A DNA stretch of 64,000 nt from Lama guanicoe (Eukaryota): the NCBI GenBank assembly GCA_013239625.1, contig MU054187.1, forward strand, positions 8,218,358-8,282,357. Reading direction: 5' to 3'. Under the pieces are notes generated by a model that saw nothing but the letters and a program-made list of their open reading frames with translations, was not told the origin of the DNA and made no database searches. Of the stretch, positions 37,280 through 49,407 are shown in pieces; the first letter of the stretch is position 1; each line of letters opens with the position of its first letter. Position numbers and translations under genes: made by a program.

Positions 37280-38115
37280 AGTGACTGTACAAAGAGGGTG
37301 ATCAGCGCTGCCTGAGTGGGCCCGCAAGGATAGGCAGAACTTTGCCAGACATGTTAAAGACAGGGCTGGGGAGGAAGAGGTGGGTCCACGGCCAAGACAG
37401 CAGGATGTGCAGACATGGGTATTTACAGCGACATCAGCTGGCTGGACGAGGACCACTTTGACTGAGTACAAGCAGGAGTTTGGATGGGTGCAGGAAATGA
37501 GTCTGAGTCTGGAGAAGGTGTCTGTAGGTCAGACCTCGGAGAGGGTCTGGGATGGTAATCAAGGTGGTTTAGACCTGACCTTGTAAACAAAGGGAAGATC
37601 TTGAATATTTGTAGACAGTGAAGTGACACACGCAGATCTGCTCTGCAGAAGCATCACTCCAGTGGCAGTGTGGTGAATGAACTGGAGGCAGGCAAGGCAG
37701 AGGGCAGAGGCCAGTTAGGAGAGTCATACAGCAGCCGGGAAAAAAAGATGGTCAGGAAGGGACTGCAGGCAGAAGCTGTGGGGAAGGACAGGAAGGCTGA
37801 GGGAAGTAGGAGGGAGACACAGCGGGGCGTGGTAGTCAGGGAGATGTGGGAGTTGAGAGGCAGGGAGGAGCCCAGGACAGTTCTGTGCCACGTAGACGCC
37901 GCTATTTCTACCTTTTCACTTCAGGCTCAATTATTTTTATAGGGCATTTATTGAGTGCCTTCTCTGAGCCAAAATCTATGTTGATGCTGTGGATAGAAAG
38001 ATGAGTTAGACAGAATGTTTTCCCTAGTTAAGGAGACAGACACATATGTAGACAATTTCAACACAATGTAATAAACGTTATCATAAAGATACGCATGAGA
38101 ATCGCTTTCTAGGGT
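37280..38115 (-). mobile_element. L2 fragments
   Basis: 'agaagcatcactccagtggcagtgtggtgaatgaactggagg...gaggccagttagga' and 'catttattgagtgccttctctgagcca'. Confidence 0.6.
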
Positions 38116-38402
38116 AATGACTCGTTTACACCAGCTACTGCATTTCCTCTTCATCTTTAGGACATCTGTGGCCTCTCACATCGCAAGGATTAATTAAGCA
38201 TTGACTTAGGTTGGGTCCTTTGACCAGTTCTGTTGTGATCAGAATTGATTCCCTTGGGGTCTTACAGGGCCACCAAAGAAGAGACAGTATACCCACCCCC
38301 AAGGCTGTACACATTCTCAGCCTGTCATAGGTCATTAGTTCATGTCTGTACACAGAGGAGGCAAGAGCAGACCCCACTTGACTTGAGAAGCCCTCCCTGT
38401 TT

Positions 38403-38545
38403 ATATTTTTATGTATGTTTTATTTGGGGGAGGGTAATTGGGTTTATGTATTATTTCTTTATTTATTCAGTGGAGGTATGGGGGATTGAACCCAGGACCT
38501 CCTGCATGCTAAGCAGGCACTCTACCTTGGAGCTTGCCCTCCCCC
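38403..38545 (-). mobile_element. Vic-1-type tRNA-derived SINE (older copy)
   Basis: 'ggggattgaacccaggacctcctgcatgctaagcaggcactctacc'. TSD aagccctccctgttt (38388-38402) / atgccttccctgttt (38546-38560). Confidence 0.85.
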
Positions 38546-38589
38546 ATGCCTTCCCTGTTTTTCAGAATGACAATTTCAGAACACTGCTG

Positions 38590-38695
38590 ATCCTCCATAT
38601 CCATGGATGCAGACCTGCTGATACAGATACCAACTGTACCAGCCATTTTATATAAGGGACTTGAGCATCCACACATGTTGGTATCCATGGGTGGA
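38590..38695. mobile_element. MER2-like Tigger fragment
   Basis: 'gccattttatataagggacttgagcatcc...ttggtatccatggg'. Confidence 0.7.
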
Positions 38696-39260
38696 TATGG
38701 AATAAGTTTCCAGACTCTTGTCAGAGAGCAAGTTCCACCCAGGCCTTCCTTCCACTCTCATCACCACCACCCCTCAAAAAACACACATGGTAGATCTCAG
38801 TTTAATGAAAACATTGGTCAAATCCTCATGCAAGTCACTCTTCCCTCTCTACCCCAAATTAATGGGGTCGAACTTTGCTCCGTAAGTGTTGTATGCCTCA
38901 TTATAAGCTCATAATATGTACTTAGTTCTAGTAATTTCTGCAGATCTTTGTTTGAGATAAAAAAAAATCTTGCTATTTACAGTCTCCCCTCCAAGTATCA
39001 TCTAGTTTTAGTTATTTTAGAAAATTTTACTTGGATTATCTCAAAACCAAGTTGTCTAAACTTTGACATAATGTTCATGCAACAAACTCTGGTTTATGCA
39101 ATTCACAGAACCCAAGGTGCTCCCTGCCTTCCTCAATAGATTAACCATAATCCAGTGGTTCATTTTCACTTTTGACTATGAGAGTCAATAAAGAGAGTCT
39201 GGTTCTTAAGTCCTTGACTGAGCTAGCTTTGAAAATATGCAAACATATACATTAAGTCAT

Positions 39261-39816
39261 TGTTCCAGTTACTAAAGCTACATAATTTATAGTTCAAAAT
39301 TTGGTTGTTTAAAACAAACTTTTTTTTTTATGCTCACAGATTCTATGGGTCAGGAGTTAGGACAGGGGACAGTGAAGATGGTTTGGGGAACAGGAGGAAG
39401 GCGCAAAGGCTGAGGTTGACCTGATGTCTGAGGGCCGAGCTCATCTGAAGGTGGATTCACTCACATGTCTGGTGCTGAGCTGGGATGGCTCTGAAGACCA
39501 GGACTGCTGACTGGAGCGCCCGCCGGGCCTCACCACGCAGCTTGATTTGCCTATGTTATGGCAGCCTTAGGGTAGTCGGACAACCTACATGGACGTGCCC
39601 AGCAGACAAGGCAGAAGAGGAATGACTTCTTAGGACCTCCCCTGGGCAGTCACATACTGTCTCTTCGATTTTACTCTGTTGGTTGGAGCAGTCAAAACCC
39701 TGCCCAGGTTCAAGAGCAGGAGAATTAGACTTCAGGTCTTCATGGGAAGAGGCAAGGTCATATTGAAGAAGAATACATATGATGGGAGAAAACTTTGGAA
39801 ATTGAAGACTGACACA
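39261..39816 (-). mobile_element. MLT1F/G-like MaLR solo LTR
   Basis: 'ttaaaacaaac...tatgctcacagattctatgggtcaggagt...tcactcacatgtctggt', with near-TSD gtcat/gttat. Confidence 0.8.
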
Positions 39817-39948
39817 GTTATTTTTCTTTAATATAACTGAAATAAAACTGGCAAGGTCATATTGAAGAAGAATACATATGATGGGAGAAAACTTTGGAAA
39901 TTGAAGACTGACACAGTTATTTTTCTTTAATATAACTGAAATAAAACT
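39751..39948 (+). repeat. Perfect 99-bp tandem duplication
   Basis: 39751-39849 is identical to 39850-39948 (ggcaaggtca...aataaaact). Confidence 0.97.
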
Positions 39949-41014
39949 ATCTTTCTCAAACACTGCAATTTTTAACACTAAACATTATAATGTTCAAGTT
40001 TTCGGAATCCTCATACAGATAAAGGCATTGGACTTCTGGAGAAGACAGTGTGCTTTCTAATTATCTTGGGGGAAAGTTGTATACTAAGAGTAAATGTTTC
40101 GGTTCCAGCTATCTTCAAATGCCACTTTGGGGCAGTAATCAAGGATGGAAAATTTCTACTTTCAGATTTGGTAGAGCACCTGCCTTAAGATGTCTGATCT
40201 ATCACAGCACTGTTGTAAAGGCCTTATTTTTTAAACACGCCCTGATGTGTTTTACTGCTTTAGTAATTCAGTGTGTTTGTTTGTTGGTTGTTCGGTTGGT
40301 TTGTAGCCATTCTGATGTCTTGCTTCATGGAAATAGAATGCAAATGTCACCTAAGTAAGGACACAACAGAGGAGCAGTTCCTGTCCTACAGGAAGATTGA
40401 AACCCTCCTAGTGAGATAGAAGGGTAAGAGAGAGGAAGCAGAGGGCACTGCCTGGTCAGATGTGAGCCTTCCCTAGCCTTGGTGCTGAATCTGTGGGGTG
40501 CAGGGGGTGGGGTGTGTAGTTAGAAATAACTAGAGAGTTTGGGGGAAGTCCAGAGAAGAGAGGCTTTTCCTTACATTACAGAAGGACAATTTCAAGCCTC
40601 CCAGGGGATTCCTAAATTCAGAGAAAGATGGTACCATTCACATGCACAGACCCAGTATCTCCAGGACCACGACGGGGAATGCTACAATGCTAAGAGACCC
40701 TAGGGACTGGAAAAGACCTGGGATGGGACTTGGAGACCACAGATAACAGGAACTCCAGGCTTCAGCCGCAGTCCAGTCCATGATGTCCAAAGTGGTGACC
40801 ACTCAGTGATCCAGCATAGAACACTCAGGGACCATTAGAGAGACATTTGCAAAGACATCACAAGTATCAGACACAACGAAACCATACTTGACTAATGACT
40901 TTCACAACCACCTCTCCCCACCCCACTCCAAAAATCACCAGCCTCCCGGAGAGAGAAACAGGAGAAGGCTGGGAGTTCAGGGCAAGGAATCCAGAATTGA
41001 TTCTACTTAACTTC

Positions 41015-41353
41015 TGCTATGATCTGAATGTTGGTGTCTCCCTAAAACTCACGTGCTGAAACCTAACACCTAAGCTGCCGGTTTCGGAGGTGTGCCTTTG
41101 GGAAGTGATTAGGACACGGGGGCAGAGCCCTCATGGATGGAATTAGTGCCCTCATAAAAGTAGCCTGAGAAGGTTCCCTGTTCCCTTCCGATACATCAGA
41201 ACACAGGGAAGAGGGCTCTCACCAGAAGGCAACCTTTCTGGCACCTTGATCCTGGGCTTCCCGGACTCAAGAACTGTGAGCAATAAATTGATGTTGCTCA
41301 TCAAGTACCCAGTCTGTGGTATTTGGTTACAGCAGACCAAACAGACCAGGATA
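41015..41353 (+). mobile_element. MLT1A-like solo LTR with 5-bp TSD
   Basis: 'tgctatgatctgaatgttggtgtc...gaactgtgagcaataaatt...ttacagcagacc'. TSD acttc at 41010-41014 and 41354-41358. Confidence 0.9.
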
Positions 41354-43889
41354 ACTTCCCCAAATAGATATTAATCCAGAACAGATTGAGCTTGTTCAAG
41401 ACAAACAAAGGCAATGCTTATACCAAAAGAAAATGAGATGCCTTGAAAGGACAAATGTAATTTCTTTATTCCTCCACCAAACCAGGGCTGGAGTGGAAAT
41501 GGAGAGGAGAGGCCAGAACACGGTGAGAGCAGTTTTAAAACAGAGAGCGTTGCTTTGTAGATTGGAACAGTACTGGAAACTTGTGACCATGCTACCAGTA
41601 GTAAATTTTAATGACACGTTCATATGACCCTTTCCCTCCTGGACTGTGAGCTCACTGAGGGCAGGAATCTTTCTTGCGCATCTTTCTACCTGCAGCCCTG
41701 GCACAAAGGAGATGCTGCATAATTTCCTACTGGAAGAACAAATGACCCATTGAGATACCAGTCTACAGAGAGAGTCTCAGTTGTATGTTACTCACGGCTT
41801 GTGTAACTAGTGGGTGAATAAGCCAGGTCTAGATAAATAGCAAAAGCCCCAAAGTTTGAAAACTCATTTCCCCAACTCTTCCAGCCTTGCTGTGTGACTT
41901 CACCTTGAGTTATGCAACAGTTACATAATGCAGATCCCCAACAGAGCACTGCACTTGAAGCTGATTCTGCTTTGTTCAAATGAAACCCAGATTCCAGGTA
42001 CATAATAATGGCACCCCAGAGCTATTATCAGTGTATATTGTGGCTTTGGTGTTGATAATGAGCATGTTCAAGTACATTCCATCCCTCTCTCTGTTTTAAT
42101 CTCAACAGCACTCTGGTCACAAAGCAGCGAGCCTGGCCTTATCTCTTCCTCTTCTGTCTGCTTTGGTTCCTTTCAGCAGATTCTTGGGTCAAGGGTGAGA
42201 TTCCATTCCTGGCTCTCGGCTGTAAGTCACCTGGAACAAATCCTTCTTTGCTTTTCCTGTCCCCAATTGTGCTTTCAAAAAAGACAGGCTTTGGGACTAC
42301 TCCATGTTCTGTCCTAGAAAATTTCTTTTCACTCAAGTCTGTAAAAGGAATGTTCAAAACGTGATAACTATATTCCTTTTGGTCACACCCCACCCAGCCA
42401 TATGTTGTTGTTTTTTCAGCACACTTAGATTTTTTTGCAGCATGGCAATATGTTGTTTTTTTGGGTTGCTGCTTGTTTGGGAGTGCTTTATTTTAGTCCT
42501 GTGGTCGTGAGAAACATGCCACATTTCTGGGATCAGCCCCGTTGACCAGACCCCACGTTTCTTGGGAGGTGGCTCATGTCTGATTAAGGAATGTGAAGGT
42601 GAGGAAGGTACTGCTTTTTCTTGTCCTGGTAGGTCTCCAGATATGGAAAAAGAAGGCAGTTAGGAAAGCCACCATCATTTTTATTCCTAAAAGTAAAAAT
42701 GGTCTTCAGCTCCGCCCACTCCCAAGACACTGACGGAATATTTCTGTGTTTCTGTTACGTGTCTGAGCTCATGTTCACACACTCACATGTGTGTATTCGC
42801 AGAGACAAGCCTTCTTTCTCGTTTCACTGTTTCCATTCTTTTTTATGTTATGTCTATTCTTCAGTATGCCTTTAGGTCGGGCACACATTTTTCTCCTCTG
42901 TGCCTCTTACCTCTGGCTAGCTGGAGAAATCATAATAGTGGCAATTGAAACGTTGGCTGTGCATGACCTCCAAATGTCCCAACCCCCAGGAGACAGAAGG
43001 GCTGAGAGATCAATAGCTTGCCTGGCAGGGCAAACACGGGCCTCGCTGACTCCTGTTGTGGCATCTGTTTACCTCCTGGACTGTCTCTCTCTCCACCAGC
43101 TGCCCTTAGCTCTGCCCAGTGAAACGAAGTATCTTTCCTAGCAGCTGGTCACACCAGTCCTGATCTCCATCCACACGTGGCCTCTCTCCTTTGAACCCTG
43201 ACGCAGAGACATCCTCCACTTATAATCAGACCCCACCTGGGACATTGACATTTTTGTCTTAACTTCCACCATTACACGGATGAGCACTTAAAGGCAGGGG
43301 CTTTGGACTTGCTCACGGCTTTATCCTACAAAGAGGGCAGTTCTGTGGGTTCTAGAGTCAGACAGCCAAATGCGAATCCAGAGCAATTTGCTTTCACAGG
43401 CTAAGGCACATCCTCCTCCTGTGCAAATACGTGAGCAGGTCAGTCTGTAGAGTTACGGGGGGATCAAGCCAAATAATTGCCTGTAGCCTGGGAGATACAC
43501 CCCGGTCCCTTTAAATCCCCCGTTTTTTAGGCAATTCAAATGGTTCTCCAGGACTCATTTCTAGAACTGTGGGTATTTATCAATGCATTGCCTCTCCAAC
43601 GTTATTTATTCCCCAACTGGAAGCCTGGAGCAGCAAGTACACCTGCTTGACTTGGCATCTGACCCTTTATTGTCCTGACTGAGACTCCTAGAACACTCAG
43701 GAGAGGGAGGAAGTACTTTTTGCTGGAAGTGGCTGGTGGCAAAATTTAGCCTATCCACTATCATTTCCTGAGCCCCCTCTGCCTGCCAAGACCCAGCTAA
43801 ATAATTATTCCAATTATTTAATAAACCATTAACCAAAAAAAAAACCATTAACCAAAAATTATAACAATTGTTACAGTAATTGTAACAGG

Positions 43890-44095
43890 CTTTGAATTTT
43901 TTATCCATGCAGGTTCTAAGCAGCTTCTTCGTGAATTGTTTTCACCGTCATAACAACTCTGTGAAGAGGGCACCTTTGTGATCCTCACTTTGCAGAGGAA
44001 AAAACTGAGTCTTCAGGACTTTAAACAATTTGCAGAAGTTTGACTGCTAAGCTTGAGGTGGGGCCAGAATTTGGACACAGGTAGTCTGACGTGTC
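43890..44095 (-). mobile_element. MIR SINE
   Basis: 'cataacaactctgtgaag...ctcactttgcagaggaaaaaactgag...ccagaatttggacacaggtagtctgac'. Confidence 0.7.
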
Positions 44096-44533
44096 CATCA
44101 GGCAATGCTGACCCTTTTTAATACTTATGGTAAAGTCGGATTCTTACTGCAAGTCTTGGAGGCAAGTGAGATTAGTAGAATTTTGAGATGAGGAAAGAGG
44201 CTGGGAGAGGTTAAGGACTTGTCCAAACTCACTTGCCTTGGACGTAAAAATGCAGGACCTGGAACCCGGCCCCTGTGACCGGTCAGACTCCAGCCTGGCA
44301 CCCTTTCCCTCTACCATGACTTGGGTTCTTTTTCATGCAGTAAAGTGGAGAGACGGGAGGGCAGAAGGGGGGCTCATTTCATTATTGCCCAGTCACGTGA
44401 TGAGTCAATGCCTCTTTCTAGACCCTGATTAGAGATGGCAGGCACTCATTTATTCTAGTCCAATTTAACTGTCAGCCTTGGACTTCGGTGTCAAAGTCCT
44501 GAGGACAAGATTTTGAACTTCACAGACATACCT

Positions 44534-44577
44534 ACACACACACACACACACACACGCACGCACGCACGCACACACAC
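44534..44577 (+). repeat. Compound (CA)n/(CACG)n microsatellite
   Basis: Direct observation. Confidence 0.95.
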
Positions 44578-46094
44578 CTCTTTGACTAAGACAGTTTTGG
44601 TTTACAATATCCATATTCCATGTCTTAAAGGCAGTTTTCACGTTGCTCTCTTGGAGGGAACTGTGAGCCCTGCGCTGTGGAGAGGGTCCAACACCAGCTC
44701 CAGGCCGTTCCGCTGTCTCAGCTGCGTGGGACGGTGTCCCCCTGCAGCTCCAGGGACCGACTTCCTAATTATATTCGGAGACATCAGGCAGTTAATCTGT
44801 GATTGTCTACTCTGTCAATACATTTCGTTTTCCTTGTAAATTTAAAAAAAAAGAGAAACCTTCTCAAATCATTATTTACTTTGCATTCAGAGATGCTATT
44901 TTGATATTTCCAGGCCACCACCGTTGTTCGGCTCTGCCAGCCTGGCTCTCCCGTGCCCAGGAAGCAAAGCCCTGGACGAGTAGCATACGGCCTGTGACAC
45001 AGAGGCTTCAAAGGGCCCAGCGGGCCTTTATGTTGGCCCTAGGACAGTCCTGAACTTTTATTCCCTGATTCCTTTGTTCATGATGTTTTCATGGATAAAA
45101 CTGTCTTTTCCTCTCCATTTTCAGTTCTCCTTTTTATAGTCACTCACCCTTCAGGGATCAGGAGAATGCATCATGAAAGGCAGAAAACAAAGCAGGAGAG
45201 CAAAGCGGATTTAGGGGTGGGGAGAATGTTCAATGTGACTTAGAGTGGTGGGTTCGCACTGGGAAGGAGACAGTGACGAAGAGCCAGAGGAAGCCAGGGC
45301 GCTGGCAGCAAGGAGAAGTGGAGGGGGGCTACTGGCCTAGATAAGGCCAGTGTCCCAAGGGACCCCATGGAGTCACAGCACATGGGGGGCGTGGGTAGAG
45401 CTGGGGGGCCACAACGGGGCTGTAGGAGTGGATGTGAGAGAGGGGAGGGGTGGTAACAGGTGGGGCCGGGCCCTGCAGACCATCATTAAGAATGTGACTT
45501 GCCCTCTAAGTGAGGCGGGAGTTCCTTTCAGGACACTGGTAGAGGGTTACTTCTTTAGCAGTTAACAGCTTTGCCAGTGACCAGTATGGACAGTCACCTC
45601 GTTGTGATGATTTGAGAAGTGCTCACTGGCTGCTGTGTTCAAGATAGCTTCCCACGGGCCCTTTGACAGTGAGGTTAGTATCCTTTGAGCCAAAGACTTG
45701 GGTTCCAGTCTTGTCTGTGTCACTACCGTTTGGGGGTCCTAAGCGAGTCACTCATTCTCCTGTTGCTCAGCTTCTTCAGCTTCAAGATGAGGGTGACGTT
45801 GTCTCTAATGCATCTAGTTGAAAGAATGGCATAACGTTCCTGAAAATGCCTTCAAGTAAAAAGTATTATAAAAAATACCGTAGTATTTTCACGTAGGGGC
45901 AGAAAGGTCTCCAGAGAAATGAGAATGCTATCCACAGCCGTCCAGCCACGCAGAGAAGCCTTGGCTTATCAGACGGTGCAGACGTTCCCCTCGCCGGGCC
46001 CTTAAGGCTCATCACCCAGAGCGCTGAGCTCTAGCGGGGCACTGTGATCAAGACTCTGGGACACAAGCCCTGTTCAGAAGAGCAGCACAGGAGG

Positions 46095-46537
46095 TGAGTT
46101 AGTTTCCTTGGGCTGCTGTAACAAATGACCACAAATGGTTGGGGCGGGGGGGGCTGGTACTTAAAATAACTGAATTGCATTCCCTCACCGTCCTGAAGGC
46201 CAGAAGTCTGGCATCAAGCTGTGAGCAGAGCCAAGCTCTCTCCAGAGGCTCTCAGGGAGAATCCTCCCCTGCCTCTCCCACCATCGTGGTTTGTGGTTGT
46301 ACGACTCTGCTCTCTGCTGTCTTCCTACGACCTTCTCCTCTTTTCCTGGTGTATCTTTTATAAGGACACTTGCCAGTGGATTTAGGGCCCACCAGATAAT
46401 CCAGGATAATCTCATCTTGAGTTCCCGAACTTAATTACAACTGCAAAGACCCTTTTTCTAAGCAAGGTCATAGGCACAATTTCTGGGGATTAGAATGTGA
46501 ACGTATCATTCTGGAGGCCACCGTTCGACCCACTACG
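46095..46537 (-). mobile_element. MLT1B/C-like solo LTR
   Basis: 'ttagtttccttgggctgctgtaacaaatgaccacaaa...tataaggacacttgccagtggatttagggcccaccagataatccaggataatctc'. Confidence 0.9.
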
Positions 46538-46989
46538 GGGGGGTTCACAGCAGTAAAAGACAGCCCAAGACCAAGAGCCACTCAGGACAGAAAAACCATG
46601 CAAAAGGACTGAGCTCAAATTGGTATTTGGCTAGAATGCTTTCAGAACTGAAGAGTCAGTCCTAAAAGGATCTTTCTTCTAGGAACCTCAAGCTTTCTCT
46701 CTCTCTCCTGAAACAAAACAACAAAAAGTTAATAAGCTACTCCATCTCTTTCAACTACTCTACCTTTTTCAACCACCTCTTTGTAAACTTTCTGTACGTT
46801 CTAGATCTCCTTTGGGATCTGGTTTCTGTTTTCTTTGGCCTCAGCTAAGATTTCCATTTTCACATCCTCGAATAGGTTCTGTCACAGATGCATATAAGGG
46901 ATGTTTTGAGAACACACCAGAGGGAAGCCTAACGCAGCCTTGCTGGGCTCAGGAAAGCTGGCTGTGACCAGGACTTTACCATCTAAGTG

Positions 46990-47860
46990 AAGTCCTAAAT
47001 GCTGAGGAGGGGTCGTCCACGTGGGTGGGGACTGGTGCCTGGTGCAAGGAGGGAGAGGGGAGAGGAGCAGAAGGCATCTCAGGCAGATGAGAAAATATTG
47101 GCAAAGACCGAGACTGAGCAAGAACGCCGTGCCTTTTTGGCCTTTTTGGAACTGGCATTGACGTTTGGTGTGGCCGAAGTGTGGAGAGGTGAAGGTGTAT
47201 GTGGGCATGGAATGGGGACAGTGGCAGGACCCGTGGTAAAGGGAAGAGAGGCAGGCAGGGGACAGATCCTAAGGGGCCATGCACGTCAGGCAGAGAAATG
47301 TGAGTTGAGCCTGCAGGCAACGGGCAGCTCTTCCACAGGATCAGATTCACTGTCCAATAGAAACGTCTCTGGCTTATGTAACAAGTAAGAGGATGCGAGG
47401 TGGAAAATGATGGGACGAGAAGGGCTGCTGAATGGTTTAATTACGGAAACAGGAACGACTAATTGGTTGTCAGGACTAAGTCTTTACTTGTGTTATCTTC
47501 GTAGCCCTCCTGAGATCCTTACAAGGTAAGTGCTGAGACCACTCCCATTTCACACACGAGGAAACTGAGGCACAGAAGATTGTGACCCTGCGGCTGCTGC
47601 GTGGAAAACGGATCAGGCGGTCGGCAAAGTGGATGCAAGGAGATCAGCTGGGAGGAGTTTTCAAAAACCCAGGCAAGAGCTGATGGCAGCCTGGACCAGG
47701 GATATGAGGATGAAGGTGAAGAGCAGTGAACACACTTGAGATTTGAGAAGTGAAGCCAACAGGATTTGCCGACGGACTGCGCTTGGGGAAACGGAAGAAT
47801 CGAGATGACTCCTAGGGCGTGGGCTGAAACGGACGGGACGTGGTGTTGTTCTGAGCTGCT
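46990..47860 (-). mobile_element. L2 fragments interrupted by a MIR (about 47490-47590)
   Basis: 'ccaggcaagagctgatggcagcctggaccagg...agccaacaggatttgccgacggactg' (L2) and 'cccatttcacacacgaggaaactgaggcacaga' (MIR). Confidence 0.65.
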
Positions 47861-48179
47861 AAGTAGTTGTGCAGAACAAAATGGGAGCTTGGCTTTAGAA
47901 ATTTTGTTCTGTGAAAAGTCTAAACTTGGCTTTACCAACACATGCCATTTATTCTGTGCACGAAAGAGGGCCATTCTTTCCTGTCCGTTTTCTGCTTTGT
48001 GTTTCACAGAAGCACGGTAGCAGCTCCTTGCAGGGTGAGGTGGCGGAGCATCTCACAGGACCGACTAGAGACGCATGTTGGTGTGCTAAGCCTTACTGAG
48101 AAGCACAAAAAGTGGAGAAAGTGCCTGCTCCCCATTGCCACCGCTCTCTCATTCTGCCTCTGCCTCTGCCCCTCTGTGA

Positions 48180-48620
48180 GCGCGGGTCTCACTCCGACTC
48201 AGGCCTGCAGCGCGCACGAGGAGACCGGTGAGAGCGCTGGATCAGCGGCAGCAACAGACTTCCACTTCCGGGATCAGCGAGCGAGCCGCACCAGGGGGCC
48301 CCAGGGACTGGGTGACTCCCAGGGAAGTGACCCTGCATTCGGCTGGAAGAAGGAGGGTTTTGAGGGCATGCCTTTGCCCTAGCAGGTGTTCACTGGGCTC
48401 CTGGCCCGCGCCGGGCACCGAGCGAGCCTCCCGAGTGCCCGGCAGCCAGCCCGCCGTCGGCCCGGCTCAGCGGGCTGGTGCGGCGGGCAGCGCACGGCGA
48501 TTAAAGCCGCGCGGCCGGCTGTGGCTGTCCCCAGCTGCTCCTCTGCGTCCCGTGTTCCCCCTATCTCAAGCCGCCCCTCAGTTCACCACCGCTGTCACCT
48601 AGTGACCCGTTTACCACCAC
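48180..48620. promoter_or_regulatory. Small CpG island, candidate promoter/enhancer
   Basis: About 37 CpGs by hand count in 48181-48560 and GC-rich. ETS motif acttccgg (about 48264). No obvious repeat origin. Confidence 0.65.
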
Positions 48621-49236
48621 ATCAAAGTGAATGAGTCTGAGTGAAAGAATGAAGTGAGCGCTTTGCCTCTCCCTCCCTAGGCGGGTAGGAAAAGGGCCTC
48701 GGCTCGGAATTGCGTCCTTACGGGGGGCGGTCTTTAAGCTACGTGCGAGTAGCGTGCACCAAAGGAAGCAGACATTAAGAAGCTCAGTGCTGGGAGCCTT
48801 GGACTTCTCTGAAATCTGGATCCTTCTATCCAACCACCTTCTTTCCACCCCACTAGCTGATGCACAGGCACCTCAAACTTGACAACCTAAACAGAACGCT
48901 TGAACTCCCCCCAATGCCACCCCCACGTCAGTGGAGGCAACAGCCAACAGAGGGGGCTGTGCTGAGCAATTCCAGACCATCGCCAGCAGCAAAATGACCT
49001 GAGGCCAAGGCGGGAGTGACTGAGAGGAATCCACGCTTGTGAGGATGAGAACCCAGAAGCCCACAGAGGAGGGACAGGGCCCACTGCATGCCGGAGGCTG
49101 TCGCCTGCGGTTGACCGAGTGAGGGGGCGCAGACCCGTGGCTACGCCTGCCCTCCTGTTCAGGTCTGGCCTTTCAGTCTCAGCTGTCCTTCTCACGCCCA
49201 GCTTGGGTTTACAGATATTCGCTTCAGTCTGTCTTC

Positions 49237-49407
49237 AGCGGGACCAGCCACATAATTTGGGAGGCCCAGTGCAAATTGGACACGTGGGACGCCCTGCTTA
49301 AAAATCATTCACAGCTTCAAGATGGTGACAGCGAGGATGAAACCAAGTTCAGGAGCCTTCCAAGCGGGGCGCCTGCGTGACCGCACGGGACTCACACCCG
49401 GGAAGCA
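49237..49407. mobile_element. MER45A-like hAT-Tip100 element
   Basis: 'cacataatttgggaggcccagtgcaaa...ttcaagatggtgacagc...aaaccaag...cctgcgtgaccgcac'. Confidence 0.8.

Noticed and set aside
39556..39978. 140-aa ORF with an internal 33-aa repeat
   Set aside because: An artefact of the 99-bp duplication over an MLT1 LTR. I recognise no protein similarity.
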